IMG/VR virus record: IMGVR_UViG_3300046518_000260
Coordinates: 1-64,000 of that record
Strand: one strand, 5' to 3'
Length of the DNA: 64,000 nucleotides
Origin: a virus
Lineage: Duplodnaviria > Caudoviricetes
The stretch's first letter is position 1, and each line of letters opens with the position of its first letter. The position numbers were made by a program, and so were the translations under genes. Positions 19,105 through 27,796 of the stretch are shown here, piece by piece. The notes below the pieces were generated by a model that did not search any database, was not told where the DNA came from, and saw only the letters and a program-made list of their open reading frames with translations.

Positions 19105-19195
19105 GCCCTTTTTCCAACACCGATCGTTAAACTTTTAATAAAATTTTAGATATCGGTGCTAGGGCTTGGGGCCGTAGCCCCTTGCCTTTTCTGCG

Positions 19196-19624
19196 TTATA
19201 GGCCGGGCTGCATGCCGGGCCACCATGCGCTACCAAAGCCGCCCTCCGGCTTTAGAAATTCCCGGGCTGCCAGCATAAAATCCAACGGGCAAGCGCCGGT
19301 AAATTCCAAGTTGTTAAATTCGGGCGCAACCTGCATGCTTTTCGCAGTTAACCCGCTGCCGCGCCAACGCATTGCGCCGTTCTGCATATAGCCGTGCATT
19401 TGCACCTTGCCAAATTCGCCAAACGTGTTGCGGCTACGGCTGCCATCGTTGCGGGTTTGGCCGAACCAAACGTCCAACGTTACAAAGCTACCATAGTCGC
19501 ATGCGCGTATGGTTACGTTGCCATCTTCACGCACGGCCACCAACGTTGCGCGCGCGTTGGTTTCGTGGGCAACCGTTACCGGGCGCAGGTCCGGTATTGC
19601 CGCCACCAAGTTCTGAAATTCCAT
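19196..19624 (-). CDS. hypothetical protein
   Basis: 142 aa, GGGAG SD, own promoter. Confidence 0.75.
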   Translation of the reverse strand: MEFQNLVAAIPDLRPVTVAHETNARATLVAVREDGNVTIRACDYGSFVTLDVWFGQTRNDGSRSRNTFGEFGKVQMHGYMQNGAMRWRGSGLTAKSMQVAPEFNNLEFTGACPLDFMLAAREFLKPEGGFGSAWWPGMQPGL

Positions 19625-19652
19625 GCCGTAAACTCCCTTGTTGTGTACCCCG

Positions 19653-19680
19653 ATTATAAGGATTTCCGTTTTGGTGGCAA
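19653..19680 (-). promoter_or_regulatory. early promoter
   Basis: TTGCCA-N16-TATAAT, GAAATCCT before -10. Confidence 0.8.
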
Positions 19681-19719
19681 GCCCCTATTTCGCGCTTAGC
19701 AAGCGCCTTGGGGCCATGG

Positions 19720-19735
19720 TTAATTTTCAGTTAAC
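19720..19735. promoter_or_regulatory. CtrA-consensus box
   Basis: TTAA-TTTTCAG-TTAAC. Confidence 0.7.
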
Positions 19736-19780
19736 AGCATTTTCAGCCTACCAAACCCCTGCAAAACCGCCATAGCCCCT

Positions 19781-19883
19781 CAGCGCCACAGAGAAGCCCG
19801 TACAGGCGATTTCAGTGCTGCCCGGTCCTACCATACCGACCGACCTGCGTTCTGCTAACTCCTTGTTTTCATTACATAATTTG
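19781..19883 (+). repeat. 103-bp cassette, copy B
   Basis: CAGCGCCACAGAGARGCCCGTACAGGCGATTTC...GTTCTGCTAACTCCTTGT...TTACATAATTTG. Confidence 0.9.
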
Positions 19884-19952
19884 GCTTTTGGCCGAATTTT
19901 ACCCCAAAAGGGCGAAATTTACCATTTGTTAACCGCTTTTCCATGTGCCCGC

Positions 19953-19980
19953 TTGCCAGTTGGGCGGAAATCCTTATAAT
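19953..19980 (+). promoter_or_regulatory. early promoter
   Basis: TTGCCA-N16-TATAAT, GAAATCCT before -10; near-CtrA box TTTA-N7-TTAAC at 19918. Confidence 0.8.
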
Positions 19981-20013
19981 CAGGGCAACACCAACGCCAA
20001 GGAGCACCGCGCC

Positions 20014-20232
20014 ATGAAAACCCTACCCGCCCACACTACCCGCTATTTCGCCGAGCAGGCTTACTTTTTGTTTTTCACGCGCGGCACGATTAAGCCGCTG
20101 AAAAACAAAACCGTATACGGCATTGAGCTGACCTGCCTGTACGGCAACGGCCAAGTTACCTGCACCTACGAAATTGCAGGCAAGCAAGTAACCAAAGTTG
20201 AGCGGGTGCGCAAAAGCTGGTCTAGCCTGTAA
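20014..20232 (+). CDS. hypothetical protein
   Basis: AAGGAG SD, MKTLPAH..., 72 aa. Confidence 0.75.
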   Translation: MKTLPAHTTRYFAEQAYFLFFTRGTIKPLKNKTVYGIELTCLYGNGQVTCTYEIAGKQVTKVERVRKSWSSL

Positions 20233-20341
20233 GCACTGAGGGCAGCAGCCGTAAGGCTGCATTGCCTTTGCCCGATATCTAAAATTTTAATAAAATGCCA
20301 TCTATCGGGGCTAGGCTTGGGGCGTTTAGCCCCTTGCCGTT

Positions 20342-20554
20342 TCAGCAGAACCGTACCGCAAATACCCCGCTCAGCCCTGCCAGCGCCGCATCTAGCAGCC
20401 GGTCCGCGTAGTCGGCGTCGCCGCCCTGTTCGGTTTCGTCCGCCACAAGCGCAGCCCGCAGCCGGGCAATCGCCTCTTCGCGCGTGTCGCCTTGGCCGGT
20501 AATGCCCGTGGGCTCGCCATTTTCGGTCAGTTCGGCATAAATTGCATTTTCCAT
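20342..20554 (-). CDS. hypothetical acidic protein
   Basis: 70 aa, GAGG SD. Confidence 0.7.
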   Translation of the reverse strand: MENAIYAELTENGEPTGITGQGDTREEAIARLRAALVADETEQGGDADYADRLLDAALAGLSGVFAVRFC

Positions 20555-20560
20555 AGCCTC

Positions 20561-20758
20561 TTAGCCCTTTGCTGCGTTGTCAGCCGCAATGGCGGCTTCG
20601 TTGCGGTCCATTACCATACCCTTAATCCACTCGCGGTTGCAATTCATGTAACCGGTTGCATCTACGCGGCGGTAAAAGTCGTTGGTGTTAAGCAGGTCGT
20701 GTTCGCGGGTGGCGGGGTTCCATACCAGCCCGGTAACAGTCCAAATTGCCTTGTCCAT
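20561..20758 (-). CDS. hypothetical protein
   Basis: 65 aa from MDKAIW, GAGAGGG SD. Confidence 0.7.
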   Translation of the reverse strand: MDKAIWTVTGLVWNPATREHDLLNTNDFYRRVDATGYMNCNREWIKGMVMDRNEAAIAADNAAKG

Positions 20759-20791
20759 AGCGTTGCCCTCTCGGCGTGTTTGCCTGCTCCG

Positions 20792-20819
20792 ATTATACTG
20801 ATATCCCAAGCCCGGTAAA
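20792..20819 (-). promoter_or_regulatory. early promoter
   Basis: TTTACC-N16-TATAAT. Confidence 0.6.
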
Positions 20820-20839
20820 GCCGCCTCTTGGGGCCATGG

Positions 20840-21044
20840 TTAACGGGCCGATAACGATCGTCCTTAATAAACATGGTTAACGCCGCCTTAGCGATCGCCC
20901 CGCGTTAACCTTAATTCTTTACCTTAACAGATCGTTAACATTAACCTTTCATTAACCTTATCAATTAAGGTTAACGGGCCGTTAATATTAATCATCTGTT
21001 AACCATATTCGTTAACGTTAACAAGCGGTTAACGCAATCGTTAA
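20840..21044. repeat. 47-bp-period degenerate tandem array of CtrA-consensus boxes
   Basis: Units start 20877, 20924, 20971, 21018; perfect TTAA-N7-TTAA at 20924, 20941, 20971, 20988, 21018. Confidence 0.85.
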
Positions 21045-21139
21045 AATGCAACTCACCGCTCTGCGCCGCCCTCCGCCGGTCGCCAGCTTAGGCTGGCGCA
21101 CAACCGGCTGGCAGCGCCGCCGTACAGGCATGCGCGCCC

Positions 21140-21174
21140 GGCTGATATATAGCGCTAGGGTAATCTAGATACAG
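21140..21174. repeat. conserved box, copy 1
   Basis: GGCTGATATATAGCGCTAGGGTAATCTAGATACAG; similar to 32903-32935. Confidence 0.7.
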
Positions 21175-21343
21175 GTAACGTCAGAATATACTCACACATA
21201 ACTTTGACCATGGCGCGCTCAGCCTCAGAGGCACGCTCCAGCGCTTCCGCCACCTTGGGAGGTGCTACGGTAGCCGCGCGCCACTCTGCCGTTCTAAGGG
21301 CTCCTACGGCGCTTTCAAGCCTAAACAATATATCCTGTTTCAT
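21155..21343 (-). CDS. hypothetical protein
   Basis: 62 aa, AGGT SD. Confidence 0.6.
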   Translation of the reverse strand: MKQDILFRLESAVGALRTAEWRAATVAPPKVAEALERASEAERAMVKVMCEYILTLPVSRLP

Positions 21344-21354
21344 GCTGCACCTAC

Positions 21355-21454
21355 AAAATCAGACCGGCCATCATCCCCGCAGGAAATCAGACCGGCCACT
21401 TGGTTTCAGGAATATCGGACCGGCCACCCATGCGGGGGAATATCGGACCGGTCA
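21355..21454. repeat. 28-nt-period direct-repeat array (4 units)
   Basis: RAA(T)ATCRGACCGGYCA at 21355, 21383, 21410, 21438 with variable 11-12 nt spacers. Confidence 0.9.
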
Positions 21455-21700
21455 GTCATCCCGCATAGCGCGGTATTGTCCGTCAGGCATGCATGCCGCG
21501 TCGGTCTCGTCAATCTCGTTGCCCTTCTCGTCAAGCACGGGCTTGCCGGAAGCATCGACAATCGTATACCACGGTTGCGCCCAAACGGCTCGTTGCATGG
21601 CGTCACAACGGGCAAAGGTCATCGGTCCGATAGCCGTGACTTCGCGCTGCCCTCCGCCCGGCAAGTTGTGCAGGAGCAGGAATACAACAAGTTCTTTCAT
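21452..21700 (-). CDS. hypothetical protein
   Basis: 82 aa, ATGA overlap. Confidence 0.65.
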   Translation of the reverse strand: MKELVVFLLLHNLPGGGQREVTAIGPMTFARCDAMQRAVWAQPWYTIVDASGKPVLDEKGNEIDETDAACMPDGQYRAMRDD

Positions 21701-21855
21701 GGCTTCACCGTTTCAATTTTGGTTACAGACAGGTGACCTTCCCCAAGCCGGAAGGCAATGAAAACCTTAGCGGCGGCGAGCACGCGCTCCTTTTCCGCCG
21801 CATGGGTGACGTGGTTCGGCACGTCGTATTCAATGACTACGCGCAAGCGTTTCAT
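21697..21855 (-). CDS. hypothetical protein
   Basis: MKRLRVVIEY..., GAGG SD. Confidence 0.6.
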   Translation of the reverse strand: MKRLRVVIEYDVPNHVTHAAEKERVLAAAKVFIAFRLGEGHLSVTKIETVKP

Positions 21856-22124
21856 GTCAACCTCGTTATCGGCGGCTGCAAGATCGCGTTGATCTGCACA
21901 CCGATTTCCATATAGTCCCACACATACGCACGGTCTCTGTCGTTGCCAGCATAGAAATCGCAGTAGTTGCGGGCCGCTGCCAACGTGCTCGGGTAGTCGT
22001 CCTGAACGACCACATACAACACCTTGTCTTCAACCGTTGTGTGGCTAAAGTCGCTATCCATACCGCCGCTCGTGGCAACGCGATGGTGCACGGTCCCACG
22101 GTATTTCATGGTTAACAGCTTCAC
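21852..22124 (-). CDS. hypothetical protein
   Basis: AAGGAG SD with GTG overlapping upstream stop. Confidence 0.6.
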   Translation of the reverse strand: MKLLTMKYRGTVHHRVATSGGMDSDFSHTTVEDKVLYVVVQDDYPSTLAAARNYCDFYAGNDRDRAYVWDYMEIGVQINAILQPPITRLT

Positions 22125-22300
22125 AGGCCCTGCTCCTTCACCCATTGCTGCAAGGCTTCCGTGACCTTAACAGCGGTTTCATGCATCTGCTCGCGGGCTG
22201 CCATGCGCTTGCCGCCCGGCTCCTGCTCAACAAGCCCGTGCGTCGTCTTGGCGGCTGCATAGTTGTTCAGCAAGCCGCGTATGTCCAACATCGTTACCAT
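22121..22300 (-). CDS. hypothetical protein
   Basis: TGATG overlap, GGGAG SD. Confidence 0.6.
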   Translation of the reverse strand: MVTMLDIRGLLNNYAAAKTTHGLVEQEPGGKRMAAREQMHETAVKVTEALQQWVKEQGL

Positions 22301-22575
22301 CAGTCTCGCTCCCATTTGCCACAGCGCTTGCAATAGCGCGTCGGTCCAGCCGCATCAAAACCTTGCTGCCAAAGGTGTTCACACTCCATCTTTGGGGCCG
22401 GATTAGCCGCAAGGAATTCGTCCACGGCGCGCATCAGCTCAACCGTCGCTTCCCTGTACAGCGTGACCGCCGCCGTTGCATCTGCCATGGAAATGACTTG
22501 GTCAATGGCGGTTGCGCACTTTGCCGCCTCAGTGCGCAAGTCTTCAATCGTCTTGGTCTTCGTCGCTTTCGTCAT
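22300..22575 (-). CDS. hypothetical protein with C-terminal Cys/His zinc-ribbon-like motif
   Basis: CEHLW...YCKRCG; AAGGGG SD. Confidence 0.65.
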   Translation of the reverse strand: MTKATKTKTIEDLRTEAAKCATAIDQVISMADATAAVTLYREATVELMRAVDEFLAANPAPKMECEHLWQQGFDAAGPTRYCKRCGKWERD

Positions 22576-22744
22576 CGTCTTCGTCCCCTTCTGCCTCTTC
22601 GGCTTCGTCCAGCAGTTTTCCCCACTTGGCCTCATATTCAGCTTCGGTCATAGGCTTGCGCTTTGCGTCCGCTATTTCAGCTTCCGCCCGGCGCTTTTCA
22701 GCCTCGGCCTCAATCCATTCTTCAAGACCCTTGATGGTTCCCAT
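22544..22744 (-). CDS. very acidic small protein
   Basis: Ends EEAEGDEDDDESDEDQDD; GAAGGA SD. Confidence 0.6.
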   Translation of the reverse strand: MGTIKGLEEWIEAEAEKRRAEAEIADAKRKPMTEAEYEAKWGKLLDEAEEAEGDEDDDESDEDQDD

Positions 22745-22754
22745 TTCGGTTCCT

Positions 22755-23135
22755 TCAGCGTACCAGCATCTTCAAAATCTTCATCATGTCGCGGTCAAAC
22801 TTCTCGCCGTCGGTCAACACCCGACGCGGCTTGCGTTCGCGGTCATGAATGTATTCGCGAATAAGTTCGCGGTCTTTCAGGTCACGGGCAATCTGCCGGG
22901 CGGCTTCTTCCTTGCGGCGCTGTTCGGTTTCAGCGTTGCCTTCCGCCAGCTTTTCAGCAATCTCGTGCTGCCGGGCTGCGTAGGTTTCCAGCTCGCCCAA
23001 TGCCAGCTTAGCCCGGTTGGTCAGCATTACCAGCGGCACGCCATTATCTTCAGCCACGCTGGCAAGTGCCACTTTGGGGTCGGTCCCGTTCAGCAGTTCA
23101 GCCTTAACGTCTTCAATCGCTGTAAGAATGTCCAT
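22755..23135 (-). CDS. hypothetical protein
   Basis: AAGGAG SD, MDILTAIE...; promoter TTGCGT-N16-TATGGT at 23161-23188. Confidence 0.75.
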   Translation of the reverse strand: MDILTAIEDVKAELLNGTDPKVALASVAEDNGVPLVMLTNRAKLALGELETYAARQHEIAEKLAEGNAETEQRRKEEAARQIARDLKDRELIREYIHDRERKPRRVLTDGEKFDRDMMKILKMLVR

Positions 23136-23211
23136 GTGCCTTGCTCCTTGTGTTGAAATCACCATACTGATTTCCACGGGCCACGCAACCGCAACCCTGA
23201 ACAATGGTTAA

Positions 23212-23403
23212 TTATTCCTTATGCTCCAGCCGCCAAAGGTAGGGCAGCAACGCCTTAAGCCTTGGCAGATCATAGCCGCTATCCAGCAGCAACGCGACCG
23301 AATAGAACATGCGTTCCTTTTGCGGCAAGCCCTCGACCAGCATCTCCGCCGTGCGGGCTAGCTCTTGGTCCAGCGTGCCGCCTATTCGTGGTTCATCAAA
23401 CAT
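23212..23403 (-). CDS. hypothetical protein
   Basis: 63 aa, AAGGAGG SD. Confidence 0.65.
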   Translation of the reverse strand: MFDEPRIGGTLDQELARTAEMLVEGLPQKERMFYSVALLLDSGYDLPRLKALLPYLWRLEHKE

Positions 23404-23843
23404 GCGACTGCCTCCTTGCGCAAGTCGGCGGCAAGCCGCCAGTCGGTTTCCTCGGGCCTCAGCACGCGAATATCAAGCCACGAATTGCGGTTGCAGCCGA
23501 ACACGGTCCGCGACCACTTGGAAGCGGTATCGAATAGCACAGCATTGCCGCTTATCTGCGCTTCAATCCTGCCATCCTTGACAACCGCAAGGAAGCGTTC
23601 GGTCCGGTATGTCATGTACATCTTTGTTCCATGCGGCAGCGTCACCGCGCCCCATACCAGCGGCTTGCCGACGCGCTCCTGCCGGGCAAGCAACTTTACC
23701 CGCCAATCTTCGCTAAGCCGTTCAACGGCTTGCTGCATGGCGTTTTCGAACAGGTCTAGCGGGTTAACCCTGCCGCTGGTCAGGCGCACGACCTTTTCGT
23801 ACAGCTTGCGCGGCACAGGGATGTATATGTGGTCTTTGTCCAT
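23382..23843 (-). CDS. RHH-like + RAMA/DUF4357-like DNA-binding protein
   Basis: IYIPVPRKLYEKV N-terminus; LVWGAVTLPHGTKMYMTY...TASKWS...NRNSWLDI...WRLAADLR C-terminus. Confidence 0.5.
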   Translation of the reverse strand: MDKDHIYIPVPRKLYEKVVRLTSGRVNPLDLFENAMQQAVERLSEDWRVKLLARQERVGKPLVWGAVTLPHGTKMYMTYRTERFLAVVKDGRIEAQISGNAVLFDTASKWSRTVFGCNRNSWLDIRVLRPEETDWRLAADLRKEAVACLMNHE

Positions 23844-24292
23844 CAGTATACCTGCCCGCGACCGCGCCCGGTCCGCTCATACGCAAGGTCAGGCTTTTGG
23901 GTCGTGCTCGTGTATTCCACGGCCAAGGTCCGCCTGCGACCGCGCCCGTTGCAAAACCATGTCGTCGTCAGCTGGTGCCCGATACGGTCCATCCACAGCC
24001 CTTCACCGCGCCACCATGGCATCCCAACAAAGCCAAGTCCGACCAGCGTCTTGCGCAACTCTACCAAGTCCTCGGCGTGCGCCATCGGCAATTCCCACCG
24101 CGTCGTCAGTATGGTCGCAATGCTTTGGTGCGCATTGGGGAAGTCGCCATCCGGAATTCCCCTATGGCTGGTGTAGCGGCTGGTCGCCGTGGCGGTTTTC
24201 TCCGAGACAAACTCGTACTCCATGGCAACCATGAACGCGGTAATTGTCTTGCGCACGGGCAAGGTGCGCGGCTTCTTTACGGGCTTGCTCAT
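23843..24292 (-). CDS. hypothetical protein
   Basis: 149 aa, overlapping stops/starts. Confidence 0.65.
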   Translation of the reverse strand: MSKPVKKPRTLPVRKTITAFMVAMEYEFVSEKTATATSRYTSHRGIPDGDFPNAHQSIATILTTRWELPMAHAEDLVELRKTLVGLGFVGMPWWRGEGLWMDRIGHQLTTTWFCNGRGRRRTLAVEYTSTTQKPDLAYERTGRGRGQVY

Positions 24293-24477
24293 TAGCGTCT
24301 ATCCTCCACCGCATCAAACGTCTTGCCGTCATGGCGCACGGTCCATTTCAGGGCCTCAACGCTCTTGGCCTGATACACCTCAATCACGCGACGCGGCTGC
24401 CCGTCAGGTCCGCCTACCAACGCTCCCATGACGGGAAATTTGTTGCTAACGCCATTCATAATTTCCAGCGTGTTCAT
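24292..24477 (-). CDS. hypothetical protein
   Basis: 61 aa. Confidence 0.6.
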   Translation of the reverse strand: MNTLEIMNGVSNKFPVMGALVGGPDGQPRRVIEVYQAKSVEALKWTVRHDGKTFDAVEDRR

Positions 24478-24914
24478 GCGCCTATTAACTCCGTCAGCCC
24501 CAAGGTTTCCAGTACCGTGTCGGCGTATGCAGCTTCGCGCGGGAAGTCCACAATGTCGCCAATGGAAAGCACGCCATTTTCGTCGCGCACAAATACCACG
24601 GTCCGCGCCGTGTTCGGCTCTTCAATGCAAATCTCGGTAAAGGCCGTGGTCCCTAAATCGTCCCACATCGTGGGCACTGGAAATTCGGTCGCCTCGTTAA
24701 GCGCATCGCTCAGGGCCTCTAATTCTTCACGCAAGGCATTAGCCCGCGCGGTCATGGCCGCAAGCTCCGAACGCTTTACCATCGTCGGGCCGCGCTGGCA
24801 CAAACTGGCGCTCAGCAGCGGCCAAGTCTTGGCGCGCTCGCCTTGGAACCTTTGGGCCGCAAGCCCGATATTCTCAAGCTTCACGGCAATGTCGGTCAAC
24901 TGTGCTCGGTTCAT
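24474..24914 (-). CDS. hypothetical protein
   Basis: AAGGAG SD before MNRAQL. Confidence 0.7.
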   Translation of the reverse strand: MNRAQLTDIAVKLENIGLAAQRFQGERAKTWPLLSASLCQRGPTMVKRSELAAMTARANALREELEALSDALNEATEFPVPTMWDDLGTTAFTEICIEEPNTARTVVFVRDENGVLSIGDIVDFPREAAYADTVLETLGLTELIGA

Positions 24915-25011
24915 GGTCAGTGCTCCTTGTTCGTTGATCCCATAAAGCATTTCCCGGAACCGGGCGCAATGCCTATCGTTACAACATGGTTAACAAATCG
25001 CCCTATGGCCT

Positions 25012-25105
25012 CAGAGCCACAGAGAAGCCCGTACAAGCGATCTCTGTGTGATCGAGTATATCCATACCGACCCAAAGCTCCGAGGCTATCTACTTGTAAT
25101 CGTTA
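25012..25105 (+). repeat. diverged third copy of the 103-bp cassette
   Basis: CAGAGCCACAGAGAAGCCCGTACAAGCGATCTC...GTATATCCATACC...CTTGTAATCGTTA. Confidence 0.75.
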
Positions 25106-25110
25106 TACTT

Positions 25111-25320
25111 TTAGCCGCGCTCCCGTGGTATTCCATTCATTGCCATGAAGTGCGCCGCTTGTGCGATCAGCTCCATAGCGGTTGCCAGCCGGTCTATTGC
25201 CTCGACGGTTTCCCACCGCAACGCAAAATCCTTTTGCTCACTGTTCAGCCGTTCGTCGGTCAATACCGCATGCCGGTTCTTGCTCCGCGTTGCGAAGTCA
25301 GCCCTTGGGGTCTCTTCCAT
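25111..25320 (-). CDS. hypothetical protein
   Basis: GGAGG SD before MEETPR. Confidence 0.55.
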   Translation of the reverse strand: MEETPRADFATRSKNRHAVLTDERLNSEQKDFALRWETVEAIDRLATAMELIAQAAHFMAMNGIPRERG

Positions 25321-25528
25321 CCATTTCCTCCAATACCGCGCGAGCAAGGTGCTCCGCTTCCATGTGCAGTTTAGCGATTTCCTGCCTGATACGCTGACGC
25401 CAAAAGCCGTATTGACGGCGCTGCAATGCCAGCGGCGGTCCGCGTCTCAGTGCCCGTTCCAACTCGTTGGCGCGAGCGACCGCGCCAATCATCCGCATTA
25501 ATGCCGTGCGCCGCATGGCTAAATCCAA
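25298..25528 (-). CDS. hypothetical protein (start uncertain)
   Basis: Fills operon. Confidence 0.5.
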   Translation of the reverse strand: MDLAMRRTALMRMIGAVARANELERALRRGPPLALQRRQYGFWRQRIRQEIAKLHMEAEHLARAVLEEMDGRDPKG

Positions 25529-26157
25529 GCCTTGACGGCAAGCTCGACATCGCGCCGGTAAAAGCCGCCAGCAACCGACTGTACTGCGTGGACGTAGTTG
25601 CTACCTTGCCAAATCCGCATGGTCAGTGACGTGCCGCTCGTGTTAAACGTGCAGTCCAGTCCCACGGCTTTGATAAAAGCCTCAGCCCACTTGTAATGCA
25701 CTTCGTATTCAGCATCGCTAGGGGCGTTTAGAACGGTCTCCAGCGCGTCCTTGGCTTTGTAGGTGCGTAGCCACTCCAACCGCGCCGTTGCGTTCTTGAG
25801 CCAATCTAGGGCCTCTGAGGGCACATCTGGCACATCTGGCGCAGCTGGTGCCACCACTTCCGCACAGTACAACGGGCCAACGCCGAACGCGGCATCACAT
25901 TTCCTGCATCGCGATGAATAATAGTCAGGTTCGGCTGTCCCCCAAGTATGCGGAATTCGCTTGGGGTCGATCTTGTCAGCCCGCATAGACGCCGACCGCG
26001 ACCAAAGCACAATGCCGTCACCGTCCAAGCACGCAACGTTGAAATCGCCCTTGTCGGCGTATACCACAATCAGGTTTCCCGGGCCATCAATCGGCGTCAT
26101 CGAAACAATGTATTCCAGCCCGTAAGGCGCAAGCGCGTCCCGAATTTTCTCAAGCAT
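25519..26157 (-). CDS. hypothetical protein
   Basis: 212 aa, GGAG SD, CxxC...C motif in the middle. Confidence 0.7.
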   Translation of the reverse strand: MLEKIRDALAPYGLEYIVSMTPIDGPGNLIVVYADKGDFNVACLDGDGIVLWSRSASMRADKIDPKRIPHTWGTAEPDYYSSRCRKCDAAFGVGPLYCAEVVAPAAPDVPDVPSEALDWLKNATARLEWLRTYKAKDALETVLNAPSDAEYEVHYKWAEAFIKAVGLDCTFNTSGTSLTMRIWQGSNYVHAVQSVAGGFYRRDVELAVKAWI

Positions 26158-26276
26158 TTTTCCCTGCTCCGTTAATTGATTATAGTGTCCCCGCCATCCC
26201 TAGCGGGGACACCATGCCATGGTCGCGTTGGCGGACAAACGACCATGCCGGTATTGCTAGGACAGGTTGAATTACC

Positions 26277-26576
26277 CTAGCAATTCTTCAAGCTCGCTTC
26301 CATGCTGTCAGCCAACCGCGTCACCGCTTCGGCGTTCCAAACTTCGTCAGTTGTCAGCTCAATATCGACCGTGCCGACCAACTGGAACATCACCGGATTA
26401 AATGCCCGGTTCGGCTTGCTCACATAGGAAAAGGCAAACTTGCGGTCTGCAATGGTCACGTTGATAATTCCGACCATAAAGTCCAGCAACAACTCTTCCG
26501 GTATGTCGTCGGTGAACAAGAGTTGCCCTTGCGCATTAAGAAAATGCACGGTTATCTTGCCGTCTTGGCTATGCAT
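26277..26576 (-). CDS. hypothetical protein
   Basis: TAATG overlap, AAAGGA SD. Confidence 0.65.
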   Translation of the reverse strand: MHSQDGKITVHFLNAQGQLLFTDDIPEELLLDFMVGIINVTIADRKFAFSYVSKPNRAFNPVMFQLVGTVDIELTTDEVWNAEAVTRLADSMEASLKNC

Positions 26577-26830
26577 TAGAATATCCTTTTCCACCAAGGC
26601 AAGCCGCGCGCTTCCCGCACGTCCTTTTGCCGTTTCATAAATCCCATCAGGTCAAGCGCTTGCTTGCCTTCATCCATCTGCCAAAGCAGGTCTATGGAAG
26701 CTTCCATATCCAACTCAACTTCGGCCTGCTCACCGGCCTCGGTCGTAAAGGCAAAGCATACGCGGCTGAACGCGCGGTTCACGGTCCCGACAATTCGGGT
26801 GTCCAGCATTTGGGCGATCTTAATGGTCAC
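26576..26830 (-). CDS. hypothetical protein
   Basis: 84 aa. Confidence 0.6.
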   Translation of the reverse strand: MTIKIAQMLDTRIVGTVNRAFSRVCFAFTTEAGEQAEVELDMEASIDLLWQMDEGKQALDLMGFMKRQKDVREARGLPWWKRIF

Positions 26831-27023
26831 GGCCTATCCCCGGAAATGTAATAATGACCTTTGTCTGATGCGGCGCATAGCCCAATTCTTCGGCTATCTC
26901 GCAAGCCACGACAACGGCTGCAACGAGTTGGTGTGGCTGGTAAATATCTACCCTAGCCACATGACGGTCCAGCGGTCCAACCTGAAGCCGGACCGCCGCT
27001 GTTTTCGTTTTGGCCTTAGCCAT
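26820..27023 (-). CDS. hypothetical protein
   Basis: 67 aa. Confidence 0.55.
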   Translation of the reverse strand: MAKAKTKTAAVRLQVGPLDRHVARVDIYQPHQLVAAVVVACEIAEELGYAPHQTKVIITFPGIGRDH

Positions 27024-27702
27024 GGGTCAACGCCAGCTTGTCGTCCTTTTCGCCTTCGAGATGTCGGGCCAAATTTATTTTGTCCGCGAACTCTTTGGCA
27101 AGCTCGGTCTCGCCGACCTTAATGTTCTTGCTCGTCAAGCCTGTCTTGTTCTCGTTCATCCATGCCTGCGCCTCGTCCACATGCACCAGCGCCCGGCTAT
27201 GGCCGCCCGTTGCCGTGGCAAGTTGCTCCTGTGCATCAATCAAGCGCCGAATACGGAAGTAAAAGGCGTCGCACACATCTTCCATGCTTTTCTTCATGGA
27301 AAAGTAAGTGCGTTTGCGGTATTCCGCCGCTTGGTGGCGCAGCTGGTCAACCACAAAGGGCAGCATCAGCGCTAGCGTTATCCGCGAGCTTTCTCGGCCA
27401 ACCGCAAGGTAAGCGGTCATGCCGGGCTGCTTCTGGCGGAACACCTTGCAGCCGTAATATTCAGCCATGATCGGCGGAATAAGGTCGTGCCATTTGCGGT
27501 TAGTAAACGGCGCTACAAAGACCACTGACTGGTCAATCGCGTCGGTCTTCACCACGTCGCCAATTTCCAGCTGGTGCTCTTCCAGCATTTGCTGAGCCTT
27601 GGCCGCGAAGCTAGCGGCTTCATGCTCGTTGTCCGTGCCACCCGCCTTTGCGAGCAGGGCGGCAATTTTCTTCTTCAGCTTCTCCACGTTTTGCTTGCTC
27701 AT
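27016..27702 (-). CDS. DUF2786-family protein
   Basis: KIAALLAKAGGTDNEHEAASFAAKAQQMLEEHQL N-terminal motif; promoter TTGTAG-N16-TAGTGT at 27744-27771. Confidence 0.75.
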   Translation of the reverse strand: MSKQNVEKLKKKIAALLAKAGGTDNEHEAASFAAKAQQMLEEHQLEIGDVVKTDAIDQSVVFVAPFTNRKWHDLIPPIMAEYYGCKVFRQKQPGMTAYLAVGRESSRITLALMLPFVVDQLRHQAAEYRKRTYFSMKKSMEDVCDAFYFRIRRLIDAQEQLATATGGHSRALVHVDEAQAWMNENKTGLTSKNIKVGETELAKEFADKINLARHLEGEKDDKLALTHG

Positions 27703-27796
27703 TTCGATACTCCTTGGGGCTGCGTCATGCCGCCCTTGAATTCACACTATACTTTCCCTCCGTCTCTACAACTCTATTCAGTGAACATGGTTAATA

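Noticed and set aside
21355-21454. CRISPR array call for the 28-nt repeats (also 33123-33195)
   Set aside because: Repeats of 16-17 nt and spacers of 11-12 nt are too short; no cas genes or leader; no resemblance to CRISPR repeats I recognise. Kept as an unexplained repeat.
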